From IMG/VR virus record IMGVR_UViG_3300025133_000036, positions 68,166 through 132,165 of that record: a DNA stretch of 64,000 nucleotides; one strand, given 5' to 3'. This document shows, in pieces, positions 20,396-30,979 of the stretch (position 1 is its first letter; each line of letters starts with the position of its first letter). The DNA is from a virus. Under the pieces are notes generated by a model. That model saw nothing but the letters and a program-made list of their open reading frames with translations, made no database searches and was not told the origin of the DNA. The position numbers and the translations under genes were made by a program.

Positions 20396-21151
20396 ATGGA
20401 TATTACCGCCATTAAGGCTCGCCTTAATCAACTTCAACAAGTTAATACAAGAACCTCTTCACTGTGGAAACCTTCACCAGGAAAATCTCAAGTGCGTATA
20501 GTACCTTATAAGCACAATCCGGATTCGCCATTTATTGAATTATATTTCCATTATGATATCGGTGAAAGATCATACTTGTCACCTGCATCATTTGGCCGTC
20601 CAGATCCAATTGAAGAATTTGCAGTTAAGTTGAAAACATCTGGAAATAAAGACGATTACAAATTAGGAAGAAAAATCGAGGCTAAAATGCGTACTTTCGC
20701 ACCTGTTATAGTCCGCGGTGAAGAATCCGAAGGTGTAAAGTTTTGGGGTTTTGGTAAAACAGTTTATCAAGAGCTTCTTTCTATCATTGCAGATCCAGAT
20801 TATGGTGATATTACTGATCCAGTAAGTGGTCGCGATATTGTAGTTGAGTTTAAAACTAAAGAAGAAACTGGTAAGTCATTTCCAATGACGGCTGTTCGTG
20901 CAAAACCAAATCAAACTCCGGTAACGGAAGATCCTGAGGTTATGAAGACAATCAAAGACACTCAAAAACAAATTACTGAGATTTACCAAGAGCAATCTTA
21001 TGATGATTTAAAAGAAGTCCTAAGTGGATTTCTAAATCAAGAATCAGAGCTCAGTGATAGTGACTTAAATACTGATGCAGTAAAGACTCCAGTTAAAGCT
21101 GGTAAAACTGAAGATGTATCGAGTGCTTTTGACGATCTATTCAACAACTAG
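20396..21151 (+). CDS. single-stranded DNA-binding protein (T4 gp32-like)
   Basis: WKPSPGKSQVRIVPY, VKFWGFGKTVY, DYGDITDPVSGRDIVV; acidic tail ending AFDDLFNN. Confidence 0.88.
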   Translation: MDITAIKARLNQLQQVNTRTSSLWKPSPGKSQVRIVPYKHNPDSPFIELYFHYDIGERSYLSPASFGRPDPIEEFAVKLKTSGNKDDYKLGRKIEAKMRTFAPVIVRGEESEGVKFWGFGKTVYQELLSIIADPDYGDITDPVSGRDIVVEFKTKEETGKSFPMTAVRAKPNQTPVTEDPEVMKTIKDTQKQITEIYQEQSYDDLKEVLSGFLNQESELSDSDLNTDAVKTPVKAGKTEDVSSAFDDLFNN

Positions 21152-21165
21152 AAACAAATAAACGA

Positions 21166-21191
21166 TTCGGAGCCCTAATTAGGGCTCCGAA
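21166..21191. repeat. perfect 26-bp palindrome / hairpin between ssb and recA
   Basis: TTCGGAGCCCT-AATT-AGGGCTCCGAA; no U-tract follows on the + strand. Confidence 0.85.
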
Positions 21192-21208
21192 CTACAAAGG
21201 GGAATAAT

Positions 21209-22315
21209 ATGCCTAAAAAGAACAAAGATTCATTGGCGGTTGATTTAGCGGCTTCATTGAATAGTAAATTTAAAGGTCAAAAAGTTGCGTATTTCTTAGA
21301 TGGAAAACACCAAACACCTACAGATGTAACAGACTTTATCTCAACCGGTTCATCAATGCTAGATTTAGCAATATCTAATCAAGCGGATGGTGGAATAGCC
21401 GTAGGAAGAATTACAGAAATTAACGGTTTATCTTCAACAGGTAAATCTTTATTAGGTGCACACATACTTGCTGAAACACAAAAGAACGATGGTGTTGCCG
21501 TTTATATTGATACTGAAACATCTGTAAGTCGACAATTTTTAGAAGCCATTGGATGTGATATTCCAAATTTACTTTATCTTCATATTGAAACAGTAGAACA
21601 AATTTTTCAAGCAATAGAAGATATTATTTTAAAAGTTAGAGAGTCTGATAAAGACAAACAGGTTACAATTCTTGTAGATAGTTTAGCTGCAGCATCAACT
21701 GATGTCGAAATGGAATCAGATTACGGTAAAGACGGTTGGGCAACAACCAAAGCTCTTATTGTTTCAAAAGCTCTACGAAAACTTACACAGCTAATTGGAC
21801 GACACAAAATTACTTTAGTTTTTACAAATCAATTAAGACAAAAATTAGGTGTTATGTTCGGTGATCCATATACTACAAGTGGTGGACTTGCTTTACCATT
21901 TCATTCGTCAACGCGTATCAGACTTAAAAATATGGGCCAGATAAAAGATAAAGAAAAAAATGTTATCGGTGTTAAATGTAGAGCTCAAATTATTAAAAAT
22001 AGAATTGGACCTCCAATGAGAACTGCGGATTATGACATGTATTTCGATCGTGGCATTGATGATGAAGGTGGATGGTTACAAGTTTTAAAAGGATTAGGCT
22101 ACGCTAAAAGTAGTGGAGCATGGTGGACAATTGACTATAAAGGTGAACTTAAAAAATTCATGTCTAAAGATTTTGTCGAAATGCTAAATGATGATTCTGA
22201 ATTTAAACAATATCTTTACGAGCTAATATGCAGTGAATCTATCCTCGAATATCAAGAACAACGAGGAATAGATGACGTTGAATTCACAGATGAAGTGATC
22301 AACGAAGATGCGTAA
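21209..22315 (+). CDS. recA: RecA/UvsX-like recombinase
   Basis: ISTGSSMLDLAI, Walker A GLSSTGKS, YIDTE, VDSLAA, FTNQLR, TTSGGLALPFHSSTRI, KNRIGPP. Confidence 0.93.
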   Translation: MPKKNKDSLAVDLAASLNSKFKGQKVAYFLDGKHQTPTDVTDFISTGSSMLDLAISNQADGGIAVGRITEINGLSSTGKSLLGAHILAETQKNDGVAVYIDTETSVSRQFLEAIGCDIPNLLYLHIETVEQIFQAIEDIILKVRESDKDKQVTILVDSLAAASTDVEMESDYGKDGWATTKALIVSKALRKLTQLIGRHKITLVFTNQLRQKLGVMFGDPYTTSGGLALPFHSSTRIRLKNMGQIKDKEKNVIGVKCRAQIIKNRIGPPMRTADYDMYFDRGIDDEGGWLQVLKGLGYAKSSGAWWTIDYKGELKKFMSKDFVEMLNDDSEFKQYLYELICSESILEYQEQRGIDDVEFTDEVINEDA

Positions 22316-23321
22316 GCGATATGCCGACATTTTAAAACAAATCAATTCGACAGTTAACGTCACATCTACATTAGATGATCATGTTTTACTTGTTGATGGT
22401 TTGAATAACTTCATCCGGGCTTGGTCTGCTTCCCCTGCGACCAACTCGGATGGAGATCATATTGGTGGAATGCTTGGCTTCTTACAAAGTGTTGGATTAG
22501 CAATTCGGACTATCCGACCAACAAGAGTCATCATTGCTTTTGATGGTCCTGGTGGAAGTCAACGAAGACGTAAAATCTATCCAGGTTATAAAGATAAACG
22601 AAAACCGCCAAAACGTCCTCATAGATTTAGGGAAATGGATAATGAAGATGATCAAGAAAGTCTAAGTAGACAGATAAAACGATTAGGCGAATACCTCCAA
22701 AATCTTCCACTAACTTCAGTAACAATACCAAATATCGAAGCAGACGATACTATTGGCTACATAGCAAAGTCTCTTCTCAGTAATTCTAAGATAACTATAA
22801 TGTCTTCGGATAAAGATTTTTTACAATTAGTCGATGACAGAATAACCGTATGGTCTCCGACTAAAAAAATCTTATTTGATAGAGCAAAAACAGAATCTGA
22901 GTATGAAATGCTTTCAGAGAATTTAGTATATTATAGAATTATCGATGGAGACAAGTCTGATAATATTCCAGGTATAAAGGGTTACGGATTAAAAACAATA
23001 CTAAAAAAAGTGCCATTTTTGAAAGATACGAAAATAACTAATATTAGTGACTTTATTGTAAATTCCGGACTAACATTGCATAAAGAGCTATTAGAAAGAA
23101 ATTATACACTAATGCAGTTACATGACGTAAATATATCAGGAAATGCAAAATCAAACATAATGGAAATAGTCTCTGCACAGCCAAGCAGATTAGTGAAATA
23201 TAAGTTGCATACAATGTTTTTAGAAGATAAAATTAATCAATCAATTCGAAATCCGGATGTATGGCTTCAAGATACTTTTAACGCGTTAGACTTAGTGATC
23301 GCAAATGCCTCCAGTAATTGA
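22308..23321 (+). CDS. 5'-3' exonuclease / phage RNase H (FEN family)
   Basis: LLVDGLN, AFDG, YKDKR, IEADDTIG, SSDKDFLQL, GDKSDNIPGIKGYG. Confidence 0.93.
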   Translation: MRKRYADILKQINSTVNVTSTLDDHVLLVDGLNNFIRAWSASPATNSDGDHIGGMLGFLQSVGLAIRTIRPTRVIIAFDGPGGSQRRRKIYPGYKDKRKPPKRPHRFREMDNEDDQESLSRQIKRLGEYLQNLPLTSVTIPNIEADDTIGYIAKSLLSNSKITIMSSDKDFLQLVDDRITVWSPTKKILFDRAKTESEYEMLSENLVYYRIIDGDKSDNIPGIKGYGLKTILKKVPFLKDTKITNISDFIVNSGLTLHKELLERNYTLMQLHDVNISGNAKSNIMEIVSAQPSRLVKYKLHTMFLEDKINQSIRNPDVWLQDTFNALDLVIANASSN

Positions 23322-24684
23322 TTCATTACAAAAATTTGGAACAGGATTCCAAACAAAGGTTATAACGTGTATTCTTGTAGACGAAGAGTTTATACAAACA
23401 ATTTATGATATGATTCAACCTGAACAACTTGATACTGAAGCTAAGCAGTGGATTGTTCGAGAAATCAAATCATATTTTTATGAGTATAAACACGTCCCAA
23501 CACTTGATAGTTTAAAAGTAAAATTAAATTCTGTTAAAAGTGAGATATTAAAAGAGGCAATAATAGACGAACTTCGTCAAGTTATGAAGTACGTTGAAGC
23601 AACCGATTTAGCATTTGTAAAGGATCAGACATTAGAATTTTGTAAAAATCAAGCACTTAAAGCCGCAATAATGCAATCAGTTGACCTGTTACATCAGCAA
23701 CGATATGATGAAATAAAACGTGTAGTTGATAATGCATTACGAGCTGGAACACGAAGAGATATAGGTTTAAATTATGTAAAAGATTTTGATACTATATTAG
23801 AAGATGTTTCAAGATTGACGGTAAGTACTGGCTGGGACGCTGTAGATGGTATTACAGATGGCGGTTTAGCAGGAGGTGAATTAGGAATCGTTGTTGCACC
23901 TTCTGGTGTTGGTAAAAGCTGGTTATTGCAAGCGCTAGGTGCGAATGCGTTAAGAGCCGGAAAAAATGTTATGCATTATACACTTGAATTAAATCAAGCG
24001 TATGTTGGTTTGAGATATGCGGCGATATTTTCTAAGCTTGAAACTTCACAAATTAAAGAGCAAAAAGATAAAGTCAAAAAAATGATTACAGATCAAGTTA
24101 AAGGTGAATTGCTCATTAAATATTGGCCTTCAAAATCCGCAACTGTACAGACCGTGTTTACACATCTAAAGACCGCGGAATTATTAGGCCATTCTCCAGA
24201 TATAATACTATTAGATTATGCGGATTTACTAAATGATACTTCAGGTCAAGGGGAAATCCGTCATCAGCTTGGAACAATTTATGAAGATTTACGAGGTTTA
24301 AGTGGAGAATTTAATGTTCCAATTTGGACCGCATCGCAATCAAATCGTTCAAGTATTGATTCAGAAACAATTGGAGCTGAAAAAATCGCAGAATCTTATA
24401 ATAAAATAATGACCGCGGATTTCGTAATGAGTTTATCTCGAAAAGTTGAAGATAAAATCGCAAATACCGGTAGAGTACATATAATTAAGAATAGATTCGG
24501 TCCCGATGGTTTAACATTTCCAACAACAATGAATACCTCTAATGGCCAAATAGACGTTTATGAAGCCGGCAGCGGTAGCGGTGTTCAAGTGCAAAATAAA
24601 ATGAAAAATGGGAATGAATATGTTAGGAAATTACTTAAAAAACGTTATGATGAATTTGAAACTGTTATTAATGAACCCGATTAA
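23305..24684 (+). CDS. replicative DnaB-like helicase (T4 gp41-like)
   Basis: Walker A APSGVGKS, YTLEL, LDYADLL, WTASQSNR, KNRFGPDG. Confidence 0.93.
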   Translation: MPPVIDSLQKFGTGFQTKVITCILVDEEFIQTIYDMIQPEQLDTEAKQWIVREIKSYFYEYKHVPTLDSLKVKLNSVKSEILKEAIIDELRQVMKYVEATDLAFVKDQTLEFCKNQALKAAIMQSVDLLHQQRYDEIKRVVDNALRAGTRRDIGLNYVKDFDTILEDVSRLTVSTGWDAVDGITDGGLAGGELGIVVAPSGVGKSWLLQALGANALRAGKNVMHYTLELNQAYVGLRYAAIFSKLETSQIKEQKDKVKKMITDQVKGELLIKYWPSKSATVQTVFTHLKTAELLGHSPDIILLDYADLLNDTSGQGEIRHQLGTIYEDLRGLSGEFNVPIWTASQSNRSSIDSETIGAEKIAESYNKIMTADFVMSLSRKVEDKIANTGRVHIIKNRFGPDGLTFPTTMNTSNGQIDVYEAGSGSGVQVQNKMKNGNEYVRKLLKKRYDEFETVINEPD

Positions 24685-24702
24685 AAGTTAAGGAGAGTTA
24701 TT

Positions 24703-26676
24703 ATGAATGAAAAATTTACGTTGTCACTTGGGTTTATAGATAAGTACAAAAGAAAAAAACCACCATTCGGATTTAATGGATTAGGAGAGTTAGTTTATAT
24801 GCGGACCTATTCTCGCATAAAAGATGACGGTAAAAATGAAATGTGGTGGGAAACTATTCAACGAGTTGTAGAAGGCACATATTCTATGCAAAAAAGTTGG
24901 ATTGACCAACATCAACTTGGTTGGAATCCTTGGCAAGCACAAGCGTCTGCTCAAGAAATGTATGACAGAATGTTTAACATGAAGTTTTTACCTCCTGGTC
25001 GGGGGTTATGGGCGATGGGAACCGCGATAACAGAAGAAAAGAATCTTTACGCAGCGCTTAATAATTGTGCATTTGTATCTACAAAAACACTAAAAGAAGA
25101 TCACGCAAAACCGTTTTGTTTTTTGATGGATGCGTCAATGTTAGGTGTAGGGGTCGGTTTTGATACAAAAGGTGCCGGCGAGATAATGATAAAAGGTATC
25201 GCGACTAACAGAGATGTACAACAGTATGAAATACCAGATACTCGTGAGGGGTGGGTAGATTCTGTTAGAATTCTATTAGAAAGTTATTTCCATGGAACTG
25301 CTCCAATTGAATTTGATTATACAAAAATAAGACCTGCAGGAATTCCAATTAAAGGTTTTGGAGGACAGTCAAGTGGACCGGATCCGTTAAAAGAAGTTCA
25401 TGAAAAAATCCGGATAACTTTAGAAACCAATACTGGAGATCCAATTACAATAACTACAATCGTCAACATAATGAACCTTATTGGCAAGTGTGTAGTAGCA
25501 GGAAACGTAAGAAGAACTGCTGAGATCGTGTTTGGAGATCCAGATTCTGAAGAATATCTAGATCTTAAAAATTATAAAGTTAATCCTGAGAGAGAAGAAT
25601 TTGGATGGACGTCAAATAATTCTATATTTGCAGAACTTGGTATGGATTATACCGAATCAGCAAAAAGAATTATAGATAATGGTGAACCAGGATTCGCATG
25701 GTTAGAAAACATGAGAAAATATTCTCGCATGAAAAATGGTGGAGACAATAAAGATCATCGTGCTATGGGTGGTAATCCTTGTTTAGAGCAAACATTAGAG
25801 TCTTATGAATTATGTTGTCTTGTTGAAACTTTTCCAAATAATCATGAGTCTTTGGATGATTATGCTAGAACATTAAAATACGCATATTTGTATGCAAAAA
25901 CCGTCACTCTTGGTAAAACACAGTGGTCTGAAACAAATCGTGTAATGTTAAGAAATCGAAGAATAGGATGTTCAGTGAGTGGCGTTGCTCAATTTATCAC
26001 CAATCACGGTTTAGGAGAATTAAAGACTTGGTTAAATTCTGGATATGACGTTATACAAGAATGGGACAAAATGTATTCTGATTGGTTTGCAGTACCACGT
26101 TCAATCAAAACTACATCTGTTAAACCTAGCGGTACAGTTTCACTCCTCGCGGGAGCAACACCTGGATTACATTACCCAGAAAGTCGATTCTATATACGAA
26201 GGATCCGATTAGGAATCAATTCAGAATTAATTATGCCACTAGAAAAAGCCGGATATAAAATAGAACCCGCATTCGGTTCAGAATCTACTACAGTTGTTGT
26301 TGAAGTTCCAGTCGATGCCGGTCAAGGTATCAGAACAGTTAATGACTTATCTATTTGGGAACAATTCAGTTTAGCTGCATTTATGCAAAGACATTGGGCC
26401 GATAATCAGGTGAGCTGCACAGTCACATTTGATCCTAAAACAGAAGGCGTAGAATTACCTCAAGCATTAACTTACTTTCAATATCATTTAAAAGGAATCA
26501 GTTGTTTACCGAAACATGATTCTGGTGCTTATCGTCAAATGCCGTATGAAGAAATAGATAAAAAAACTTATAAAGGTATGCTTTTAAAATTAAAAAAATT
26601 AAGCTTTAGAAAAGTCAAAGGTAATGAGGCTATTGTTGAAAAATTTTGCGATGGAGATACGTGTGAACTTGAATAA
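24703..26676 (+). CDS. nrdJ: adenosylcobalamin-dependent (class II) ribonucleotide reductase
   Basis: LPPGRGLW, NNCAF, GNVRRTAEI, NPCLEQ, TTSVKPSGTVS, C-terminal FCDGDTC. Confidence 0.95.
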   Translation: MNEKFTLSLGFIDKYKRKKPPFGFNGLGELVYMRTYSRIKDDGKNEMWWETIQRVVEGTYSMQKSWIDQHQLGWNPWQAQASAQEMYDRMFNMKFLPPGRGLWAMGTAITEEKNLYAALNNCAFVSTKTLKEDHAKPFCFLMDASMLGVGVGFDTKGAGEIMIKGIATNRDVQQYEIPDTREGWVDSVRILLESYFHGTAPIEFDYTKIRPAGIPIKGFGGQSSGPDPLKEVHEKIRITLETNTGDPITITTIVNIMNLIGKCVVAGNVRRTAEIVFGDPDSEEYLDLKNYKVNPEREEFGWTSNNSIFAELGMDYTESAKRIIDNGEPGFAWLENMRKYSRMKNGGDNKDHRAMGGNPCLEQTLESYELCCLVETFPNNHESLDDYARTLKYAYLYAKTVTLGKTQWSETNRVMLRNRRIGCSVSGVAQFITNHGLGELKTWLNSGYDVIQEWDKMYSDWFAVPRSIKTTSVKPSGTVSLLAGATPGLHYPESRFYIRRIRLGINSELIMPLEKAGYKIEPAFGSESTTVVVEVPVDAGQGIRTVNDLSIWEQFSLAAFMQRHWADNQVSCTVTFDPKTEGVELPQALTYFQYHLKGISCLPKHDSGAYRQMPYEEIDKKTYKGMLLKLKKLSFRKVKGNEAIVEKFCDGDTCELE

Positions 26677-26724
26677 AAATTCGATTTTGACGAAAATAAA
26701 ATATATATAAAATAAAGAGGTTAT

Positions 26725-27594
26725 ATGCAAGGTTTTAAAAATCTTAATGAAATGTATTGGTATCTTTTAGCGGATCTTGATAGTGAAGGGCTAGAAGTTA
26801 GCAGTAGAGGTTCAAATCAAAAAGAAAAAATATATGTTCAATGTGGATTTAATGATCCAACTGATTTACAAGTACTATATCCAAGTAGAAAATTTAATCA
26901 GGAATATGCAATGACTGAATGGTTGTGGTATTGTTCACTTGATTCAAACGTAAAAAACATAGGAAAATTGGCTCAACTATGGAAACGCATATCAGATGAC
27001 AATAATCACGTTGAATCTAATTATGGTCCTTATTTCTTTAATCCCATTAATCAACCACATTTTCAAGGTAGTCAATGGGAATGGGTTAAAGAAGAACTAA
27101 TTAATGATCCAGATAGTAGAAGAGCCTCGATTGTTATTAATCAACCATATCATAAAGGAAAAAATCCATTAGACGTTCCATGTACACAATATGTTCAATT
27201 TTTCATTCGCCAAAATAAATTACACTTAGGCGTTTCAATGAGATCAAATGATATTGTTTATGGTTTAACCAATGATGCGTTTACATTCAGTTTATTTCAG
27301 CAGATGATGTATAATGAGTTAAAACTTAAAATGCCAGATTTAGAGCTTGGAACGTATAATCATTTTGCTGGATCGATGCATGTGTATGAAATGCATTATG
27401 AAATGGCAAGCAAAATCTTATCAGAATCCGAATATATCAATGAGAAAACTGATAGGAAATTTAAGCTTAAAGAAGATATCACATGGAATGTTATGATGAA
27501 AGATATAAATCCAAAATCAAAACTTATTGCGGATTCTCCTAAAGACGAAATTTTAGAGTATGTTAAAGAAAAAGAAAAGGAATTATTTGAATGA
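26725..27594 (+). CDS. thymidylate synthase-fold protein, dCMP hydroxymethylase-like (paralog 1)
   Basis: DSRRA, catalytic PC (DVPCT), MRSNDIVYGLTND with Asp at the pyrimidine-specificity position, GSMHVY. Confidence 0.85.
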   Translation: MQGFKNLNEMYWYLLADLDSEGLEVSSRGSNQKEKIYVQCGFNDPTDLQVLYPSRKFNQEYAMTEWLWYCSLDSNVKNIGKLAQLWKRISDDNNHVESNYGPYFFNPINQPHFQGSQWEWVKEELINDPDSRRASIVINQPYHKGKNPLDVPCTQYVQFFIRQNKLHLGVSMRSNDIVYGLTNDAFTFSLFQQMMYNELKLKMPDLELGTYNHFAGSMHVYEMHYEMASKILSESEYINEKTDRKFKLKEDITWNVMMKDINPKSKLIADSPKDEILEYVKEKEKELFE

Positions 27595-28085
27595 TAGTAT
27601 TTGTTGAAGGTTTATCAAAATCCGGAAAAACTCTTTTAATAAATAAATATTGTAAAAAATATCCTGATGCTGTAAGGTTCAAGGGAGCCGGACAAATTGT
27701 CATAGGATATGGCAATCGTTGGGATGAATACAATTATTGGATGCATAATATTGTTGAGCGAATGGACGAATTAAATGATTACAAAAAAGTAATACTTTGG
27801 GACAGAGGACTTACTGAATCTGTATATGGTAATTCTCAAGTTGAGCGTTATGCAAAATGCCACATACATAAAATGGCCGCTTTTATTGATATTCCATTTA
27901 AAATTCTTGCAGAAAGGGGAACAAAGGAAGGTGTCGAAACAGAACGTCACTTTCAAAAATATGAAAAAACGCTTTCAAAATTTGACACCGTACATCTTTT
28001 TTCAGATCAGCCAACTCATCATATAACGAACCGTATGATTGAAACTTTACATGAGGAAATAAAATGCAGATTAGCGATTATTTAG
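27591..28085 (+). CDS. P-loop nucleotide monophosphate kinase (dNMP kinase-like)
   Basis: IVFVEGLSKSGKT Walker A; ILWDRG..ESVY thymidylate-kinase-like motif. Confidence 0.8.
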   Translation: MIVFVEGLSKSGKTLLINKYCKKYPDAVRFKGAGQIVIGYGNRWDEYNYWMHNIVERMDELNDYKKVILWDRGLTESVYGNSQVERYAKCHIHKMAAFIDIPFKILAERGTKEGVETERHFQKYEKTLSKFDTVHLFSDQPTHHITNRMIETLHEEIKCRLAII

Positions 28086-29329
28086 ACCGAATTAATTCCA
28101 TATCATCTGCAAGAAATGTAGAAGATAAAGCACATCTTGCTCGACATGTCAAAAACATAACTGTTATAATTACAGGTTCTCGTGGGGGTTCTTCGCTATT
28201 CAAAGAGGCACTTACCAGGTCTCCAGAATTATTGTTCACTTCCGGAGAAGAATCACCATTTTTAGCTCTTACGCAAAATGAATTCCCGTTTGTTCCTTCG
28301 GATTTTCTTCAATCCAACAACATACAGTATAAAGATGAATTAATAAGTAATATATTAGATGATCTTGGTTTAAGAATTGAAGATGGTGATTTATCAATGA
28401 ATGCGTTTATTGAGCAAATGAGAAAACGCTTACTCCTTCAACTTCCAATTGAAGATTTTGATTTTAGTAAAGAACATTTAGAATCCATATTTTTTAAAAT
28501 TTTTGAAGACCATAGATTTTGGGCTGGAAATTATGACGAATTAATCAGGAAATTTTTAATTGAATTCACAGCCGGCAAAAATAAGCCATGGTTATACTAT
28601 TATGATACTTTTTTAAACGGACCCGAAGAACATTATCCACTTGATTGGAAAGTTGAAGATACGCCATTTGTTGTACCAAAATTAAAACAGCCATTAACAA
28701 AAAGCGATCTCGAGAAACATTCTTTAGTTTTTAAAACTCCTCAAAACGTTTATAGAGCCGGCATGTTTGAAACCTTATTTCCACGTGCCAAAGTAAAATA
28801 TCTTCACATGACAAGGGGTTTTGCTCAATCTGTCAACGGATTAATGGATGGATGGTTACATGATAAAGGGTTTTTCGCTAAAAATCTTGCTATGGATGGA
28901 CATACGTTAAATATAAAAGGATATTCCGACATAAAAGAATACGGCGATAAGTGGTGGAAATTTGATTTACCTCCTAATTGGGAAAATTTTAAAAATAATG
29001 CGTTATATGAAGTATGTGCTAATCAATGGGCTTCCGCACATGAACACGCACTAAACATTAAAATACTCAATAGCCCAGAGAACTATATGCAATTAAAATT
29101 TGAAGACTTTTTAGATTATCCACAGAAAATGATGAATGAGGTAACTGAATTTATAAACATAAAACCAATCAGTGTTGCAAATTTACCATTAGTTATGATA
29201 ACAAACAAGCCTAGAAAATATAGATGGCATAAAAGAAAAAAGTTAATACGAGAATTAGCAGATCAACCAAGAATTAAATCATTAATGAAAGCATTAAAAT
29301 ATAGCATGGAGGAAAATACATGGATATAG
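28064..29329 (+). CDS. PAPS-dependent sulfotransferase family protein
   Basis: 5'-PSB loop ITGSRGGSSL, FKTP, 3'-PB LHMTRG..SVNGL, LKFEDFLDYP. Confidence 0.8.
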   Translation: MQISDYLDRINSISSARNVEDKAHLARHVKNITVIITGSRGGSSLFKEALTRSPELLFTSGEESPFLALTQNEFPFVPSDFLQSNNIQYKDELISNILDDLGLRIEDGDLSMNAFIEQMRKRLLLQLPIEDFDFSKEHLESIFFKIFEDHRFWAGNYDELIRKFLIEFTAGKNKPWLYYYDTFLNGPEEHYPLDWKVEDTPFVVPKLKQPLTKSDLEKHSLVFKTPQNVYRAGMFETLFPRAKVKYLHMTRGFAQSVNGLMDGWLHDKGFFAKNLAMDGHTLNIKGYSDIKEYGDKWWKFDLPPNWENFKNNALYEVCANQWASAHEHALNIKILNSPENYMQLKFEDFLDYPQKMMNEVTEFINIKPISVANLPLVMITNKPRKYRWHKRKKLIRELADQPRIKSLMKALKYSMEENTWI

Positions 29330-30231
29330 GAGTCAATAGCGAATTTGGAAAATTAAAATCGGTATTATTACATGTCCCAACACGAGAAGAATTTGCATTT
29401 AATTCTGCAGAAGACATGATGTTTTTAGAAGAACCAAATTATGATAAAGTTTTATATGAAATAAATGCATACATTGAATTATTGGAATCTTTAGATATTA
29501 CGGTTTATACGGATATAGGATTTCCTCTTAGAACATCAATGGCTGTTGAATTTCCAAATCTTATTTACATGAAAGATTTAGCAATAGCAACTCCTGATCA
29601 GTTGATTCTTTGTCGTCCACATCACGATGTACGTAAAGGTGAAGAAGTATATTTACACAAGCTATTAAAACACATTGGCGTAACGGATGATCAGATCAAT
29701 TTTATTCCAGTAGGGGATCATGAAGGAGCAGATATTGTATGGTTAAATCCAAAAAAGATCATGATAAATGAAGGTTATCGTACAACTTTTAAAGCATCCG
29801 AAGAAATATCTAGATTTTTTAATTCACGATATGATATTGATTCTCATAAAATTGAAGGTAATAAACATCACCAAATACCTCAACATATTCAAGGATCAAA
29901 GCATATTTTTTCATTGACCAATGCTGCATACAGAAAAGAACTCGAGCCGTGGGACATGGATTTTGAAAATACATACGCGTTTAGTGAAACAGAAGAAATT
30001 GTAAAAGGCTTTTCATTAAACGTTATTACAGTGAATGAAAATGAAATTATAATGCCATCTGAATGTCCTGAAACTAAGGCAGCTTATGAATCTTTAGGTG
30101 TTAAATGTCACGAGTCTCCAATGAGCGAAATAACAAAGGGCGCTGGTGGATTTGCATGCATGACACTATTTTTAAATAGAGAAAAAGTATGGATGGGATT
30201 ACTTCCGGAAGGATTACCAAATGAATATTAA
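29320..30231 (+). CDS. amidinotransferase / arginine deiminase / DDAH (pentein) family protein
   Basis: VNSEFGKLKSVLLHVP, PNLIYMKD, EGAD, LNVITV, SEITKGAGGFACMT with the catalytic Cys. Confidence 0.88.
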   Translation: MDIGVNSEFGKLKSVLLHVPTREEFAFNSAEDMMFLEEPNYDKVLYEINAYIELLESLDITVYTDIGFPLRTSMAVEFPNLIYMKDLAIATPDQLILCRPHHDVRKGEEVYLHKLLKHIGVTDDQINFIPVGDHEGADIVWLNPKKIMINEGYRTTFKASEEISRFFNSRYDIDSHKIEGNKHHQIPQHIQGSKHIFSLTNAAYRKELEPWDMDFENTYAFSETEEIVKGFSLNVITVNENEIIMPSECPETKAAYESLGVKCHESPMSEITKGAGGFACMTLFLNREKVWMGLLPEGLPNEY

Positions 30232-30979
30232 AACTTGTAATACTGCAGGTGAAGCATTTGAATGGATGAGAGACGCCGTTAAGACTCGCGGATATGTCCA
30301 TGAATCCCGTGGTAAACGCACTAAAGAATTAATGCATGTAATGGTTGAAATAAAACGTCCTGACATGTCAGTTGTATGTATACCAAGTTTCAAGTGGGAT
30401 TTTATTTCACAGGAAGTTAGAGATATAATGACTGAAAATGATGTTAGTGCAATTCATTCAAAAGAAATGTTGGAATATACCATGGGCAGCCCTGATGCAA
30501 AATTCTTCTTCGGTGCTGAAGTCCGCGAAGCATTATCACCATGGTCTCTTGATGCAATATTTGAGTTGTTTAAACAAGATAAAGATACTCGAAAAGCCGT
30601 ATTAGATTTAGGAAATCGTAAACCTGAAGAGCATATTCCCTGTCTTTCGTTCGCCCACTTAGTAATTAGAGATAACAAGTTACATTGCACCCTTGAAACA
30701 CGCAGTACAGATTTAGCATTTGGGTATCCATACGATACAGTTTTATTTACAGTTATGCAAAGATATATGTTACACAGATTGCAAGAAATATATCCTGAGT
30801 TAAAATTAGGTTCATTCTTTTATAAAAGTATTTGCATGCATTATTACTTAAAGAATAATGATACACCACTAAAAGATTTAAACTTAACAACTAATGATCC
30901 AGAGGATTGCTGGTTACCTCCAGATACTCAAGGCTGGTTTGAAGATTGCATCATATCAGGAGATCCAAATCATGCCTAG
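30221..30979 (+). CDS. thymidylate synthase-fold protein, dCMP hydroxymethylase-like (paralog 2)
   Basis: DTRKA, HIPCLS, RSTDLAFGYPYD (Asp at specificity position), CMHYY. Confidence 0.82.
   Translation: MNIKTCNTAGEAFEWMRDAVKTRGYVHESRGKRTKELMHVMVEIKRPDMSVVCIPSFKWDFISQEVRDIMTENDVSAIHSKEMLEYTMGSPDAKFFFGAEVREALSPWSLDAIFELFKQDKDTRKAVLDLGNRKPEEHIPCLSFAHLVIRDNKLHCTLETRSTDLAFGYPYDTVLFTVMQRYMLHRLQEIYPELKLGSFFYKSICMHYYLKNNDTPLKDLNLTTNDPEDCWLPPDTQGWFEDCIISGDPNHA

Noticed and set aside
26725-30979. Calling either TS-fold gene thyA
   Set aside because: Both have Asp rather than Asn at the specificity position and lack typical ThyA motifs such as LGVPFN; a dTMP synthase role is unsupported, though not excluded.
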